This document shows positions 37,675 to 46,445 of a stretch of 64,000 nt of DNA, piece by piece. The notes under the pieces were generated by a model. That model did no database searches, was not told where the DNA came from, and saw nothing but the letters and a program-made list of their open reading frames with translations. The translations under genes were made by a program, and so were the position numbers. The stretch's first letter is position 1, and each line of letters begins with the position of its first letter. Origin of the DNA: a virus. The stretch covers positions 8,938 to 72,937 of the IMG/VR virus record IMGVR_UViG_3300029554_000010, one strand, 5' to 3'.

Positions 37675-38054
37675 GACCTTATTATATTTTTGCTATTGAC
37701 GGAAAGACAGTGATGTCGTATGAAAAACCATATTTCGAAACAGCTAAAGGCGGTTATATCTTCGTGAATAAAGACGGAGACATAAAGTTTGTTCTTCCTG
37801 AAACACCAAAAGAAGAGCCAAAGCAAGTTCTTCCAGACGAACCAATTGACGTGGCGTCCATGCTGATTAATGCAACGATAACTGTTGAACCTAGCAAATC
37901 CGGTATATTGTCACCGTTGCATGATAAAGAACCGCAGACCTTTGCAAAGTACGACATAAATCAGCTTCGAGAAATTGCAGAACATCTTCTGGTGTACTGC
38001 GAAGCACAGGAAAGGGGATGCGTAGATGCCTGTTGTGAGAATTGTGAACCCTAG
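37671..38054 (+). CDS. hypothetical protein
   Basis: 127 aa; C-terminal Cys cluster CVDACCENC. Confidence 0.45.
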   Translation: MRPYYIFAIDGKTVMSYEKPYFETAKGGYIFVNKDGDIKFVLPETPKEEPKQVLPDEPIDVASMLINATITVEPSKSGILSPLHDKEPQTFAKYDINQLREIAEHLLVYCEAQERGCVDACCENCEP

Positions 38055-38409
38055 TCCGTATGATTGGAGAGGGACGCAGTGTTTTATTGATGGGAATAAA
38101 GTCCCAAGAGTAAAGTCTGTTGATTTCCATGTTGCTGTTGATGAGATTCCGACATTTGTATTTGAGATGATGGCAGAGCCGGATATTGAAATGGAGTGTC
38201 TGGCACAAATCAGTTTCACTTCTCAATCAATTACTGATGCAATTTCAGTTTTAAGGCATGAACTGTTACAACACGGGGAAATTTACCACGGCTTCAAAGC
38301 AAGCCTAAAATCGGCCTTAGAGCATTACAATTACTGTGGATTACCATTTGAGCCGGAAGAAGAAATCGCAGAGAAGATACTTAATTTCATGATTGGAGAG
38401 GAACAATGA
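38026..38409 (+). CDS. hypothetical protein
   Basis: 127 aa ORF. Confidence 0.45.
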   Translation: MPVVRIVNPSPYDWRGTQCFIDGNKVPRVKSVDFHVAVDEIPTFVFEMMAEPDIEMECLAQISFTSQSITDAISVLRHELLQHGEIYHGFKASLKSALEHYNYCGLPFEPEEEIAEKILNFMIGEEQ

Positions 38410-38579
38410 GATTACCATTAACCATTATCGCAGTAGCAATTAATATTCTGATATTTACTACATTAGCTGCATTTTTAATGAGCCGGAATTACAAAGGCAA
38501 TCAATTTTCCACAGCATTCTTCTTGCTGATGGAAGCAGGAATGATACTTAATACAGTTTTGATTTGCACAGCGAGGTAA
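38406..38579 (+). CDS. small membrane protein
   Basis: 57 aa with two hydrophobic segments. Confidence 0.3.
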   Translation: MRLPLTIIAVAINILIFTTLAAFLMSRNYKGNQFSTAFFLLMEAGMILNTVLICTAR

Positions 38580-38873
38580 AAATATGCTTTTAGCATTTCC
38601 AATGCAGATTATCCTGTTCATTATCGAAGAACGGGTTAATCATATAAGCAATGCGAAAGGATACGCTTGTCCCGTAGTGAAGCGGTACGCAAGCAAACGA
38701 TCGAGACATCCGATTTAGCAAACATGACTCTACAAAAAAGAGAACAACTTAGTTATTTAAATGCTGAATTCTCCACATAAGTTGTGTTGCAATTGTAGAG
38801 CACATAATAAAAATATTATCACACACTCAATTCTTTCTCCTGCTTTTGTAATGGTGCGGAGTGGGAGAAAGAT

Positions 38874-38948
38874 TCTAGGGCTATCGCCAAAAGGTAAGGT
38901 AACGGACTTTGATTCCGTCATGTGTGGGTTCGAATCCCACTAGCCCAG
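38874..38948 (+). tRNA. tRNA-like, anticodon TTG (Gln), with an atypical D-arm
   Basis: perfect anticodon stem ACGGA/TCCGT with loop CTTTGAT, T-arm GTGGG-TTCGAAT-CCCAC, acceptor AGGGCTA/TAGCCCA with an A-A pair at 1:72. Confidence 0.35.
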
Positions 38949-39182
38949 CTTGCTAGGTTGCGCATGTACCTGGCAATGGTTTATTTTACATAGACCCTCC
39001 GACGAAAACCCATCTAGCTCAACGGAGCTGATTAAAGGGGCTTCAAATGTCCCGGATGGGAATCATCGTAAAAACGATGTACTCTATTTAGCCATGACCT
39101 TTGTTGCGGCTGGTGGCAAAGAACCGCAACAGTAGAAGCAAATCAACTCAAAATCTGCAATCCGGGAGACTGCTTCTACTCA

Positions 39183-39255
39183 GGAAATTTAGTTCAGCGG
39201 TTAGAACGCCCGGCTCATAACCGGGAAGCCCTGAGTTCGAATCTCAGAATTTCCA
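39183..39255 (+). tRNA. tRNA-Met (CAT anticodon; elongator Met or Ile2-lysidine type)
   Basis: acceptor GGAAATT/AATTTCC, D-arm GTTC-AGCGGTTA-GAAC, anticodon arm CCCGG-CTCATAA-CCGGG, T-arm CTGAG-TTCGAAT-CTCAG; 3' CCA not encoded. Confidence 0.7.
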
Positions 39256-39786
39256 TTTCTTCCGTATGCTACCCATCCGTTTTATGGGCAGAAAAAACTT
39301 TCGGATGAGCGTATGTGAATCAGAATGAGCAAAGGTATGTAACGGCATAGGCTTGTGCTTGATCTGATTTCCCGTCCGATAAATGTTTCTTAGTTTCAAT
39401 AAGCCATCACAAGCGCGCATTGATGGCAGGGAGTTTTCAAGAAGCATAAAGTTAAAAGGCATAATAATATCCGAAACAACTCCGTGGAGCATACCACGGT
39501 TACCAAAAAGCCGTCAGGTTGGCAAAAATACGATAGTCCAAGTTATGAAAAATTGCCTAGTGGAAAGCATAACACGAAAAAATCATTGCTAACCCGGAAC
39601 AATCTCCGGGTTCTGGGGGAATAATACCATAAGGGGCAGAGGGCTGATTAACAGTACCAGAGCGGTTCAACTCCGCATTCTCCCATTATCCAATCTGTAA
39701 ATATTGGATATGAGGAAGCTGTCCGAGATGTAAGAAACAGTCGGCTTGTGGATTGCCGGTACAAATACGCTGAAAATCCACACAAG

Positions 39787-39856
39787 GCAGGGTAGAGAAG
39801 CGGAATCTCGCAAGGTTCATATCCTTGAGAACGGCGGTTCAAATCCGTCTCCTGCA
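39787..39856 (+). tRNA. tRNA-like, anticodon CAT, with an imperfect acceptor stem
   Basis: D-arm GAGA-AGCGGAA-TCTC, anticodon arm CAAGG-TTCATAT-CCTTG, T-arm GGCGG-TTCAAAT-CCGTC; mismatch at the top of the acceptor stem. Confidence 0.35.
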
Positions 39857-39974
39857 ATTAATTTGGTCGGAATTATGCTGTCTGTATACAGGCGGTCTAT
39901 GATTCGGCTGAATTTATCTCATGAGAAAAGGTTATTGCTTATCCTGTTGTCTGGTGTCCGGACCGAAAAGCATG

Positions 39975-40047
39975 ATGGAATGTAGATCAGTGGTAGAGCA
40001 ATGGCCTTGTAAGCTATGTGTCGCAGGTTCGATTCCTGCCTTTCCGA
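39975..40047 (+). tRNA. tRNA-like with a TGT anticodon loop and T-arm GCAGG-TTCGATT-CCTGC; acceptor stem not resolvable by eye
   Basis: D-arm-like GATCAGTGGTAGAGC, anticodon arm ATGGC-CTTGTAA-GCTAT. Confidence 0.25.
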
Positions 40048-40388
40048 TTCCATATAGTGGCGGAATACGTAGACGCTATTGTGGTAGCATAGGTTTGAAC
40101 CCACAACTTAGGTGACCTTAGCCGGCGGCATGAGAGTAAAAGGGTGGAAATCCCCTCCTATATGGACGTTTGATGCATTGAGTGATAATGCTCTGATTGA
40201 AAAGTGGCGGAACTATTGACAGTGATGAATCTGATACAATAGAAAGGCAGACGCAGAGGATAGTACATCGTAATGGGGTGAGCATGTGTCTTTGGACATG
40301 GGATGTACATGGAAGTTCGAATCTTCCCTTTTCAACTCCTACGAATTGCCATCGTAGGAATAAATTACTCCTAAGGTATAGTTTGGTT

Positions 40389-40440
40389 TCCAGTACTCCA
40401 CGTTGGGTGGCTAGTTACGGTTCAAGTCCGTGTACTGGAA
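40389..40440 (+). ncRNA. armless tRNA-like mini-structure (acceptor, D-like and T-arms only) followed by a T-run
   Basis: perfect 7-bp acceptor TCCAGTA/TACTGGA, CCAC-GTTGG-GTGG hairpin, T-arm TACGG-TTCAAGT-CCGTG, then ATTTTTGTTT. Confidence 0.3.
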
Positions 40441-40462
40441 TTTTTGTTTAGAGAGGTGGATT

Positions 40463-40612
40463 ATGGAAGAAAAAGATTATTGTTGTACATGTAAATGGTA
40501 CGCGACATACGAAGGCGTTTGCTGTAATGGTGACAGTGAAAATTGCGCAGATTTTAGATGTCTTGATGATAGCTGTGAATGTTGGGAGGGAGTAAAGAAT
40601 GAAAATTCATGA
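40463..40612 (+). CDS. small Cys-rich protein
   Basis: CCTCKWY...CCNGDSENCADFRCLDDSCECW. Confidence 0.4.
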   Translation: MEEKDYCCTCKWYATYEGVCCNGDSENCADFRCLDDSCECWEGVKNENS

Positions 40613-40874
40613 AGTGATACGTCTGAGAAATGTATACGGTGGAGAAACAACTCTTAATGACCTTGTAAATCTAATACAAGGAAATAAAATTTATAGATGC
40701 CCGAAGTGCGGTGGAAGTGGAACTACTATCAAAAGAGTAAATCGTGCACAATACTGGGAGTGTTGCGATGATTACAAAGAAATAAAAGTCACTTGCGACT
40801 TATGTAACGGTGAGGGATACACCGAGAAAATATACAAGCCTAGAATGGTACAGGATGGATGGAAATGCGAATAG
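40599..40874 (+). CDS. small protein with DnaJ-type zinc-finger repeats (CxxCxGxG)
   Basis: CPKCGGSGT and CDLCNGEGY. Confidence 0.45.
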   Translation: MKIHEVIRLRNVYGGETTLNDLVNLIQGNKIYRCPKCGGSGTTIKRVNRAQYWECCDDYKEIKVTCDLCNGEGYTEKIYKPRMVQDGWKCE

Positions 40875-41026
40875 CAGGTAAAGAAATCAACGATGAATGT
40901 TCCAAGTGCGGAAATATTCTCGAATGCGAGTTGTTTCGTCAAGGACATGGAATAAAACAGGAACGTGAGAATGTAGCGAAGATGATTGAGTGCCAGATGA
41001 AACATAGGGAAGACAGGGAGAAATGA
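40865..41026 (+). CDS. small zinc-ribbon protein
   Basis: 53 aa; CSKCGNILECE. Confidence 0.3.
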   Translation: MRIAGKEINDECSKCGNILECELFRQGHGIKQERENVAKMIECQMKHREDREK

Positions 41027-41030
41027 GATT

Positions 41031-41315
41031 ATGGAAAATGATTTATTGTTACGAGATAAACGTAAATGTCCACTTTGTGGAGGAACGGTAATCAATACAG
41101 GAGTGGATATCTTTGGCGGCGACGTAGATGCTGCAGGTTTGAGAACTGATGCAGAATGGATTTGTACAAACTGCAAAACTGAATTTAATAGTGAATTTTG
41201 TCTCGAATCTGATAGGATTAAGACGATTTATAACGCAAAGGTCACATTACTTGATAAAAAAGATTGTCAACCTAACTTTCTTGGAGAGTCAAGCACTAAT
41301 AGAGGAATGTGGTGA
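41031..41315 (+). CDS. small zinc-ribbon protein
   Basis: CPLCGG...CTNCK. Confidence 0.4.
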   Translation: MENDLLLRDKRKCPLCGGTVINTGVDIFGGDVDAAGLRTDAEWICTNCKTEFNSEFCLESDRIKTIYNAKVTLLDKKDCQPNFLGESSTNRGMW

Positions 41316-41321
41316 TATAAA

Positions 41322-41531
41322 ATGATTAAAATTTTAGTTCCTGGAACATTAAAAAGAATAAATTGCGGAAAATGCGGAGCAGTGTTGCAGTACGATGAAA
41401 AAGAAGATGTTAAAGAAGAATGCATAGAAAAAATGTTTTCTACAAATATGCCATCTGGACGTGGACGTAAGCAGAAATATATCATATGCCCACAGTGCAA
41501 GAATAAAATAGTTACGTGGTCTACAAGATAG
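41322..41531 (+). CDS. small zinc-ribbon protein
   Basis: CGKCGA...CPQCKN. Confidence 0.4.
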   Translation: MIKILVPGTLKRINCGKCGAVLQYDEKEDVKEECIEKMFSTNMPSGRGRKQKYIICPQCKNKIVTWSTR

Positions 41532-41782
41532 GAGAAGATGCCATGATTAAGAAACTCTGCAATCTCTATATAAGACACAAGACAAAAAATCTCACAAGGA
41601 TTCCATTGTTCACAATGACTTTTGACTGGAAGAAGTTTCAGAAAGACGGGAAGAAAGGAAGTTGCTTGCTGTATGTCCTTCATCCAGACATCGCAAATGA
41701 TTTAGTTTTGCGTAAGAAATTGTGTGAATGCGTGGACTATATCCGTGATAACTATGATATGGAAACGTTTACCAAAATCTAA
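41516..41782 (+). CDS. hypothetical protein
   Basis: 88 aa ORF. Confidence 0.35.
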   Translation: MVYKIGEDAMIKKLCNLYIRHKTKNLTRIPLFTMTFDWKKFQKDGKKGSCLLYVLHPDIANDLVLRKKLCECVDYIRDNYDMETFTKI

Positions 41783-41793
41783 GGGAGGCAGTT

Positions 41794-42042
41794 ATGAGAA
41801 TTGAAGACATGGCAACATGGACAGTAGATCAGCTGAAAGAAAAAGTTGTTCGTCTGGCTGATGAGAGCGAAGCAAAGCAACATGAAATTCTTGACAAAAA
41901 CGAGAAAATCAATGAGCTTCAGACGGAACTGGATAAAATGTGTGATTATAGCAATGATTTAAAAAGGCAGCTGAATAAAAATGCAGATATGCCATTTTAC
42001 GACGAATCCGCAGAAATCGCAAAATACCGCAGACAGCATTAG
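41794..42042 (+). CDS. small coiled-coil protein
   Basis: 82 aa with heptad-like charged repeats. Confidence 0.35.
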   Translation: MRIEDMATWTVDQLKEKVVRLADESEAKQHEILDKNEKINELQTELDKMCDYSNDLKRQLNKNADMPFYDESAEIAKYRRQH

Positions 42043-42136
42043 GACGATTGCATTACGATCAATCAATTAGGAACTGCACTTGATGTAATTATTGACCGAT
42101 ATGCAAATCTTAGAAAGATTCATGGGGTGAGTTGAT

Positions 42137-42436
42137 ATGGGCGAAAAAGACGAAAAACAGTACTTTCTTAAAAAGCCAGATGGTGAGTACTGTCCGATTA
42201 CCGAAATAGCAAACGTTCCAGAACACATACCACCTGATTATAATGACGATTTACCGAATTTCAGTGAATACGAATCATTCACTATAAATTTTAAAATGAA
42301 TTCAAATACTAAGAAAAGATTATTCTGGACAATATTTGCACCGGATAAAATAAATCGAAATAATTTTAGAAAAAATCATGGAATTCCGATGATACGCAGA
42401 GTTGCAGGACGAAAAGGAGTAAGAAAATATAGATGA
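42137..42436 (+). CDS. hypothetical protein
   Basis: 99 aa ORF. Confidence 0.4.
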   Translation: MGEKDEKQYFLKKPDGEYCPITEIANVPEHIPPDYNDDLPNFSEYESFTINFKMNSNTKKRLFWTIFAPDKINRNNFRKNHGIPMIRRVAGRKGVRKYR

Positions 42437-42666
42437 GCATTAAATCAGCATTTGAATCTGAGGGGATAGATTTCTCTCAGGTAATGAATTCACCAGAGCC
42501 GTGGGACGGACGGGCATTAATAAAGAACATCAATGGCAAACTGTGGTATTGCTGTCCTTTTTGCGAGAAGAAAGCACTTCTAATTAGCCCAGAGACGAAG
42601 ATTCAGCATCTTAAATTGAAATGCAAGGGTAGTAACTGCAAGAAAGAGTTTGAGGTGAATGTATGA
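42433..42666 (+). CDS. small zinc-ribbon protein
   Basis: CCPFCEKK...CKGSNCKK. Confidence 0.4.
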   Translation: MSIKSAFESEGIDFSQVMNSPEPWDGRALIKNINGKLWYCCPFCEKKALLISPETKIQHLKLKCKGSNCKKEFEVNV

Positions 42667-42977
42667 AAAAATATGGTGTAGTGAACTATCCAATTAAGAT
42701 TATTGATGAAAAAATCATTAATGCACTAGCTGACATTGAAGTACATCATGAAGAAGGCAGACGGATTATTTGGGTAGAATGCGTCGTGAATTACACTGAT
42801 CTTCCGCAGGAATGCATTCTTGAAATTGGATATCTTAAAAGAAAATTCAAACTCATGCATACGGAATTTGTTGCATCAGAATCAGGTATTTATAAGTTGA
42901 AATTTATGTTTGAACGAGTAGAAGATATAAATAAAAAAGACGAGTGGTGGGATTCACTTAGAAGCATTGTGAGGTGA
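42663..42977 (+). CDS. hypothetical protein
   Basis: 104 aa ORF. Confidence 0.4.
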   Translation: MKKYGVVNYPIKIIDEKIINALADIEVHHEEGRRIIWVECVVNYTDLPQECILEIGYLKRKFKLMHTEFVASESGIYKLKFMFERVEDINKKDEWWDSLRSIVR

Positions 42978-42981
42978 ATGT

Positions 42982-43146
42982 ATGAATCCAGTATTTATAT
43001 TTCTAGTGATATGTGGAGCAGTGGCAGTATGGTTTCTGCTTTACAAATTATTTCAGCCACTAGGTAAATTATTGAATCACATTGGCAGAAATGCTATTGA
43101 TGAGTTAAATAAAGACGAAAGTCAAAACAAGGAGGACAAAGAATGA
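42982..43146 (+). CDS. small membrane protein
   Basis: 54 aa with one TM segment. Confidence 0.3.
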   Translation: MNPVFIFLVICGAVAVWFLLYKLFQPLGKLLNHIGRNAIDELNKDESQNKEDKE

Positions 43147-44096
43147 AGAAAGGACTTTTAGGTGGAATCGGATTAGCTGTTGCAATCATTGCAGGACTTA
43201 TATGCGTTGCAAAGTGTAGTGTAAGGGTTCCAGCCGGTTACATTGCGGTCGAGTACAAAATGAACGGGGGAATCTCCAAGAATGTACTTACGCAGGGATG
43301 GCATTTGATTTCACCTACAGTAAAAACTTCGCTGTATTCTGTTGGAATCGAACAGTCTTATCTTACATCTGAAGATAAAGGCGATTCTCCAAAAGACGAA
43401 AGTTTTAAGACACCAACAGCAGATGGCAAATCTCTTTTAGTTGATTTGGAATTTTCGTATAAATTCGATCAGAGCAGAGTAACTGATGTATTTACTCAGT
43501 TCAAAGGGCAATCCGGGGAATCTGTGAAAAATACCTTTATTAAGCCGAAAATGAAAGCATGGACGCAGGAAGTAACAGCGAAGTATCCAGTAACAGATGT
43601 TTTTGGTGATAAGCGCCAGGAACTGAATGAAGCACTTGACGAATATCTTAAACGGAAGTTTGAACCATACGGAATCATTATTGATACAGTAAACTTTACT
43701 TCTATTTCCACTGATGATGAAACACAAGCTGCAATCCAAAAGAAAGTAAATGCACAGCAAGAGCTTGAATTGGCCAATATTGAAGCTAAAACAGCCAAAG
43801 TACAAGCCGATAAAGATAAAGAAGTTGCACTGATTGCTGCTGAACAGGAAAAAGAAAAAGCAGCTATTCAGGCGGAACAAGCCAAAATTGATGCGGAAGG
43901 CAAAGCCGAAGCTATTAAGATTAAAGCAGAAGCCGAAGCGGAAGCAAACAGAAAGATTGCAGAATCGCTTACCCCTGAACTAATTGAAAAGCAGAAAATT
44001 GATAAATGGAATGGCGAAGTTCCGAAGATTCAGGGAAGTAACACTTCTACAATCGTAGATACAAGAGATATGACAGCCAATGAGAATGCTGAATAA
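43143..44096 (+). CDS. SPFH/band-7 domain membrane protein
   Basis: N-terminal TM helix, SPFH-like core, C-terminal A/E/K-rich coiled coil. Confidence 0.65.
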   Translation: MKKGLLGGIGLAVAIIAGLICVAKCSVRVPAGYIAVEYKMNGGISKNVLTQGWHLISPTVKTSLYSVGIEQSYLTSEDKGDSPKDESFKTPTADGKSLLVDLEFSYKFDQSRVTDVFTQFKGQSGESVKNTFIKPKMKAWTQEVTAKYPVTDVFGDKRQELNEALDEYLKRKFEPYGIIIDTVNFTSISTDDETQAAIQKKVNAQQELELANIEAKTAKVQADKDKEVALIAAEQEKEKAAIQAEQAKIDAEGKAEAIKIKAEAEAEANRKIAESLTPELIEKQKIDKWNGEVPKIQGSNTSTIVDTRDMTANENAE

Positions 44097-44170
44097 TAAA
44101 TAAATCAGTCAGAGAGCCACATGAGAGCCAGACTAAATCCTAAGAAGAAAGGAGGCCTGGCTCTATTTTT

Positions 44171-45907
44171 ATGCAAAAATTCACAGAAGGCTCGCTTGAA
44201 TGGTATCGGGCAATTTTAAATCAAATCATTAATGATGATATGACAGTCTGTCAAAATCAGAAGGACTGCCTTGATTTACTTTTGAATATGAATATTGACC
44301 TTCCTTTCAAGGATAATCCAGATGCACGGAATATGGCAATGAAAGTCAGTCGGTACGCTCACAATGAAGCTGCGAAACAGGCAGCAGTTACAGGAAGTGG
44401 TTCATTTGACGATTTATACTGGCAGTATTTATTGATGGAAGCACAGAACTATCAGGTTGACAGTGGGCTTCTTTACCTTGAAAAGAACCGAATCCCGAAA
44501 GAACGATTCTATGAACCACGAAGAAATGTGTTCTTACAACATAACATCATAGGTTCACTACAAGACCTGATGGATGACAAATTAGATATATTTGCATTAA
44601 GCGTACCTCCGGGTTGTGGAAAGAGTACTCTGGAAGATTTCTTTTTATCATTGGTAGGTGGATGGTTCCCGAATGACTTTAACCTGTCTTCGGCACACAG
44701 TAGCATTCTGACACGTTCCCTTTATGATGGTGTTCTGGAAATTATCAATGATCCCGTGGAATACACGTGGCATGAGATATTCCCTAACATAGAAATTCAA
44801 GGAACAAATGCAAAGGAAACTACAGTCAATCTCGAAAGAAACGGACGATTTAAGACATGGACATTTCGTTCTATTGATGGTTCTTTGACTGGCGCCACTA
44901 GATGCAATAGATTTCTTACTGCCGATGACCTTGTGTCTGGCATTGAAGAAGCTTTGAATAAAAACCGACTTGATACCTTATGGACAAAAGTGGTAAATGA
45001 CTTGCGTTCCCGTAGACTTGAGGGATGCAAAGAGTTTTATATTGCCACCAGATGGTCAGTACATGACCCTATCGGAAAACTGCAACAACTATATGCCGGA
45101 AACCCACGGGCAAGATTTATTGCAGTGCCGGCTCTTGATGAGAACGGCAAAAGTAATTTCCTATTTACGGTAAATGGATTCTCAGAGAAATATTTCAATG
45201 ATGCTAAAGAATCCATGGATGAAATTTCTTACAACTGTCTTTATCAGCAACAGCCGGTAGAACGTGAGGGATTATTATTACCACCGGATAAATTAAAACG
45301 ATTCTTTTTCAGTAAAGAAGACGTGCCGGATGAATGCGTGGATGAATACATCATCATTCCAGATAAAGATGCAGATGCAATATGGGCGGTATGTGATACA
45401 AAAGATAAAGGAACCGACTTCGAATCATTACCGATTGCATACCAATACGGAGATAAATTTTTCTTTCCTGATGTGGTGTTTGATGACACTACAGACTATG
45501 ACATTTTGGATAGAAAGACAGCAGATATTTTGATAAGACATAACCCACATAAGATTCGTTTTGAATCAAATAATGTCGGAAACCGCGTGGCACACAATAT
45601 CCAGAAAATGATTACTGGAAAGTGCCGAGCTGAAATTGAGACAAAACCAACATCAGCAAATAAAGAAACAAAGATTCTTGTAAATTCGGACTATATAGCA
45701 AAACATTTTTATTTTCTGCATCCAAGTCAGTACAAAGCAAAGTCTGATTACGGATTATTTATGGCTAACGTAACTACGTACACCACTAGGGCAAAAGTAC
45801 CACATGATGACGGAATCGATTCTTTGGCTATGATGGCTGAGTACGTACAAAATCCATTAGGTGGTAAAGCAACGGCAATGCAGAATCCATTTTGGGGAAG
45901 GAGATAG
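44171..45907 (+). CDS. terL: terminase large subunit
   Basis: Walker A LSVPPGCGKST, ATPase and nuclease-like halves; sits upstream of the portal gene. Confidence 0.8.
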   Translation: MQKFTEGSLEWYRAILNQIINDDMTVCQNQKDCLDLLLNMNIDLPFKDNPDARNMAMKVSRYAHNEAAKQAAVTGSGSFDDLYWQYLLMEAQNYQVDSGLLYLEKNRIPKERFYEPRRNVFLQHNIIGSLQDLMDDKLDIFALSVPPGCGKSTLEDFFLSLVGGWFPNDFNLSSAHSSILTRSLYDGVLEIINDPVEYTWHEIFPNIEIQGTNAKETTVNLERNGRFKTWTFRSIDGSLTGATRCNRFLTADDLVSGIEEALNKNRLDTLWTKVVNDLRSRRLEGCKEFYIATRWSVHDPIGKLQQLYAGNPRARFIAVPALDENGKSNFLFTVNGFSEKYFNDAKESMDEISYNCLYQQQPVEREGLLLPPDKLKRFFFSKEDVPDECVDEYIIIPDKDADAIWAVCDTKDKGTDFESLPIAYQYGDKFFFPDVVFDDTTDYDILDRKTADILIRHNPHKIRFESNNVGNRVAHNIQKMITGKCRAEIETKPTSANKETKILVNSDYIAKHFYFLHPSQYKAKSDYGLFMANVTTYTTRAKVPHDDGIDSLAMMAEYVQNPLGGKATAMQNPFWGRR

Positions 45908-45908
45908 T

Positions 45909-46331
45909 ATGGATATAAAGGAATATTTGAATCAAATTCAACGATACGAAAAAGTTATAAATAACAAACTGGAAGAAATTGAGCACTTAAAATTGCTTGC
46001 CACCAGTATTAGTGCTTCGGCATATGGCATTGAACGCGTTCAGACTTCAGGAAGCCAAGATAAAATAGGCGATACCATAGCAAAACTGGTGGACGCACAG
46101 CGTGAACTGGCTGATGATGTGGTAGAACTTATAGAGAAAAAACAGAAACTTATAGATGTTATAGAATCCGTGAAAAATCCCCAATATTATGATTTTTTGT
46201 ACAAACGATACATAGAGGGAAAAAAGCTAACTGTTATTGCAGATGAAATGGAATACAGCGAAGAATATATTAAACAATTCCATGGAAGAGCCGTGAATTA
46301 CGTAAAAGAAATGCTTAATTTTAAAAGTTAG
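45909..46331 (+). CDS. sigma-70 region-4-like HTH protein, a putative late transcription regulator
   Basis: C-terminus YDFLYKRYIEGKKLTVIADEMEYSEEYIKQFHGRAV resembles sigma region 4. Confidence 0.5.
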   Translation: MDIKEYLNQIQRYEKVINNKLEEIEHLKLLATSISASAYGIERVQTSGSQDKIGDTIAKLVDAQRELADDVVELIEKKQKLIDVIESVKNPQYYDFLYKRYIEGKKLTVIADEMEYSEEYIKQFHGRAVNYVKEMLNFKS

Positions 46332-46354
46332 CACCTTTTCTTACTGAATATAAC
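46332..46354 (+). promoter_or_regulatory. conserved 23-nt box CACCTTTTCTTACTGAATATAAC, copy 1
   Basis: identical 23-mer at 56358-56380; both copies begin right after a stop codon and precede a terminator-like hairpin and a structural gene. Confidence 0.5.
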
Positions 46355-46392
46355 TTTTCAGTTATGTATAATATATGATGAAAATGTATGAA

Positions 46393-46420
46393 GCATCGGG
46401 TAAAAACTCGGTGCTTTTTT
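46393..46420 (+). terminator. hairpin GCATCGGG-TAAAAA-CTCGGTGC plus TTTTTT
   Basis: 8-bp stem including two G-U pairs, then a T-run, 25 nt before the portal RBS. Confidence 0.5.
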
Positions 46421-46445
46421 CATGCCTAAAAAGGAGGTACGGGCA

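Noticed and set aside
38761-40115. Short ORFs from the six-frame track within the tRNA-like array (38761-38943, 38950-39135, 39244-39492, 39383-39592, 39648-39857, 39746-39985, 39919-40104, 39921-40115, 40197-40451)
   Set aside because: They overlap tRNA-like structures on both strands, lack RBSs and overlap one another; the region is better interpreted as an RNA gene array.
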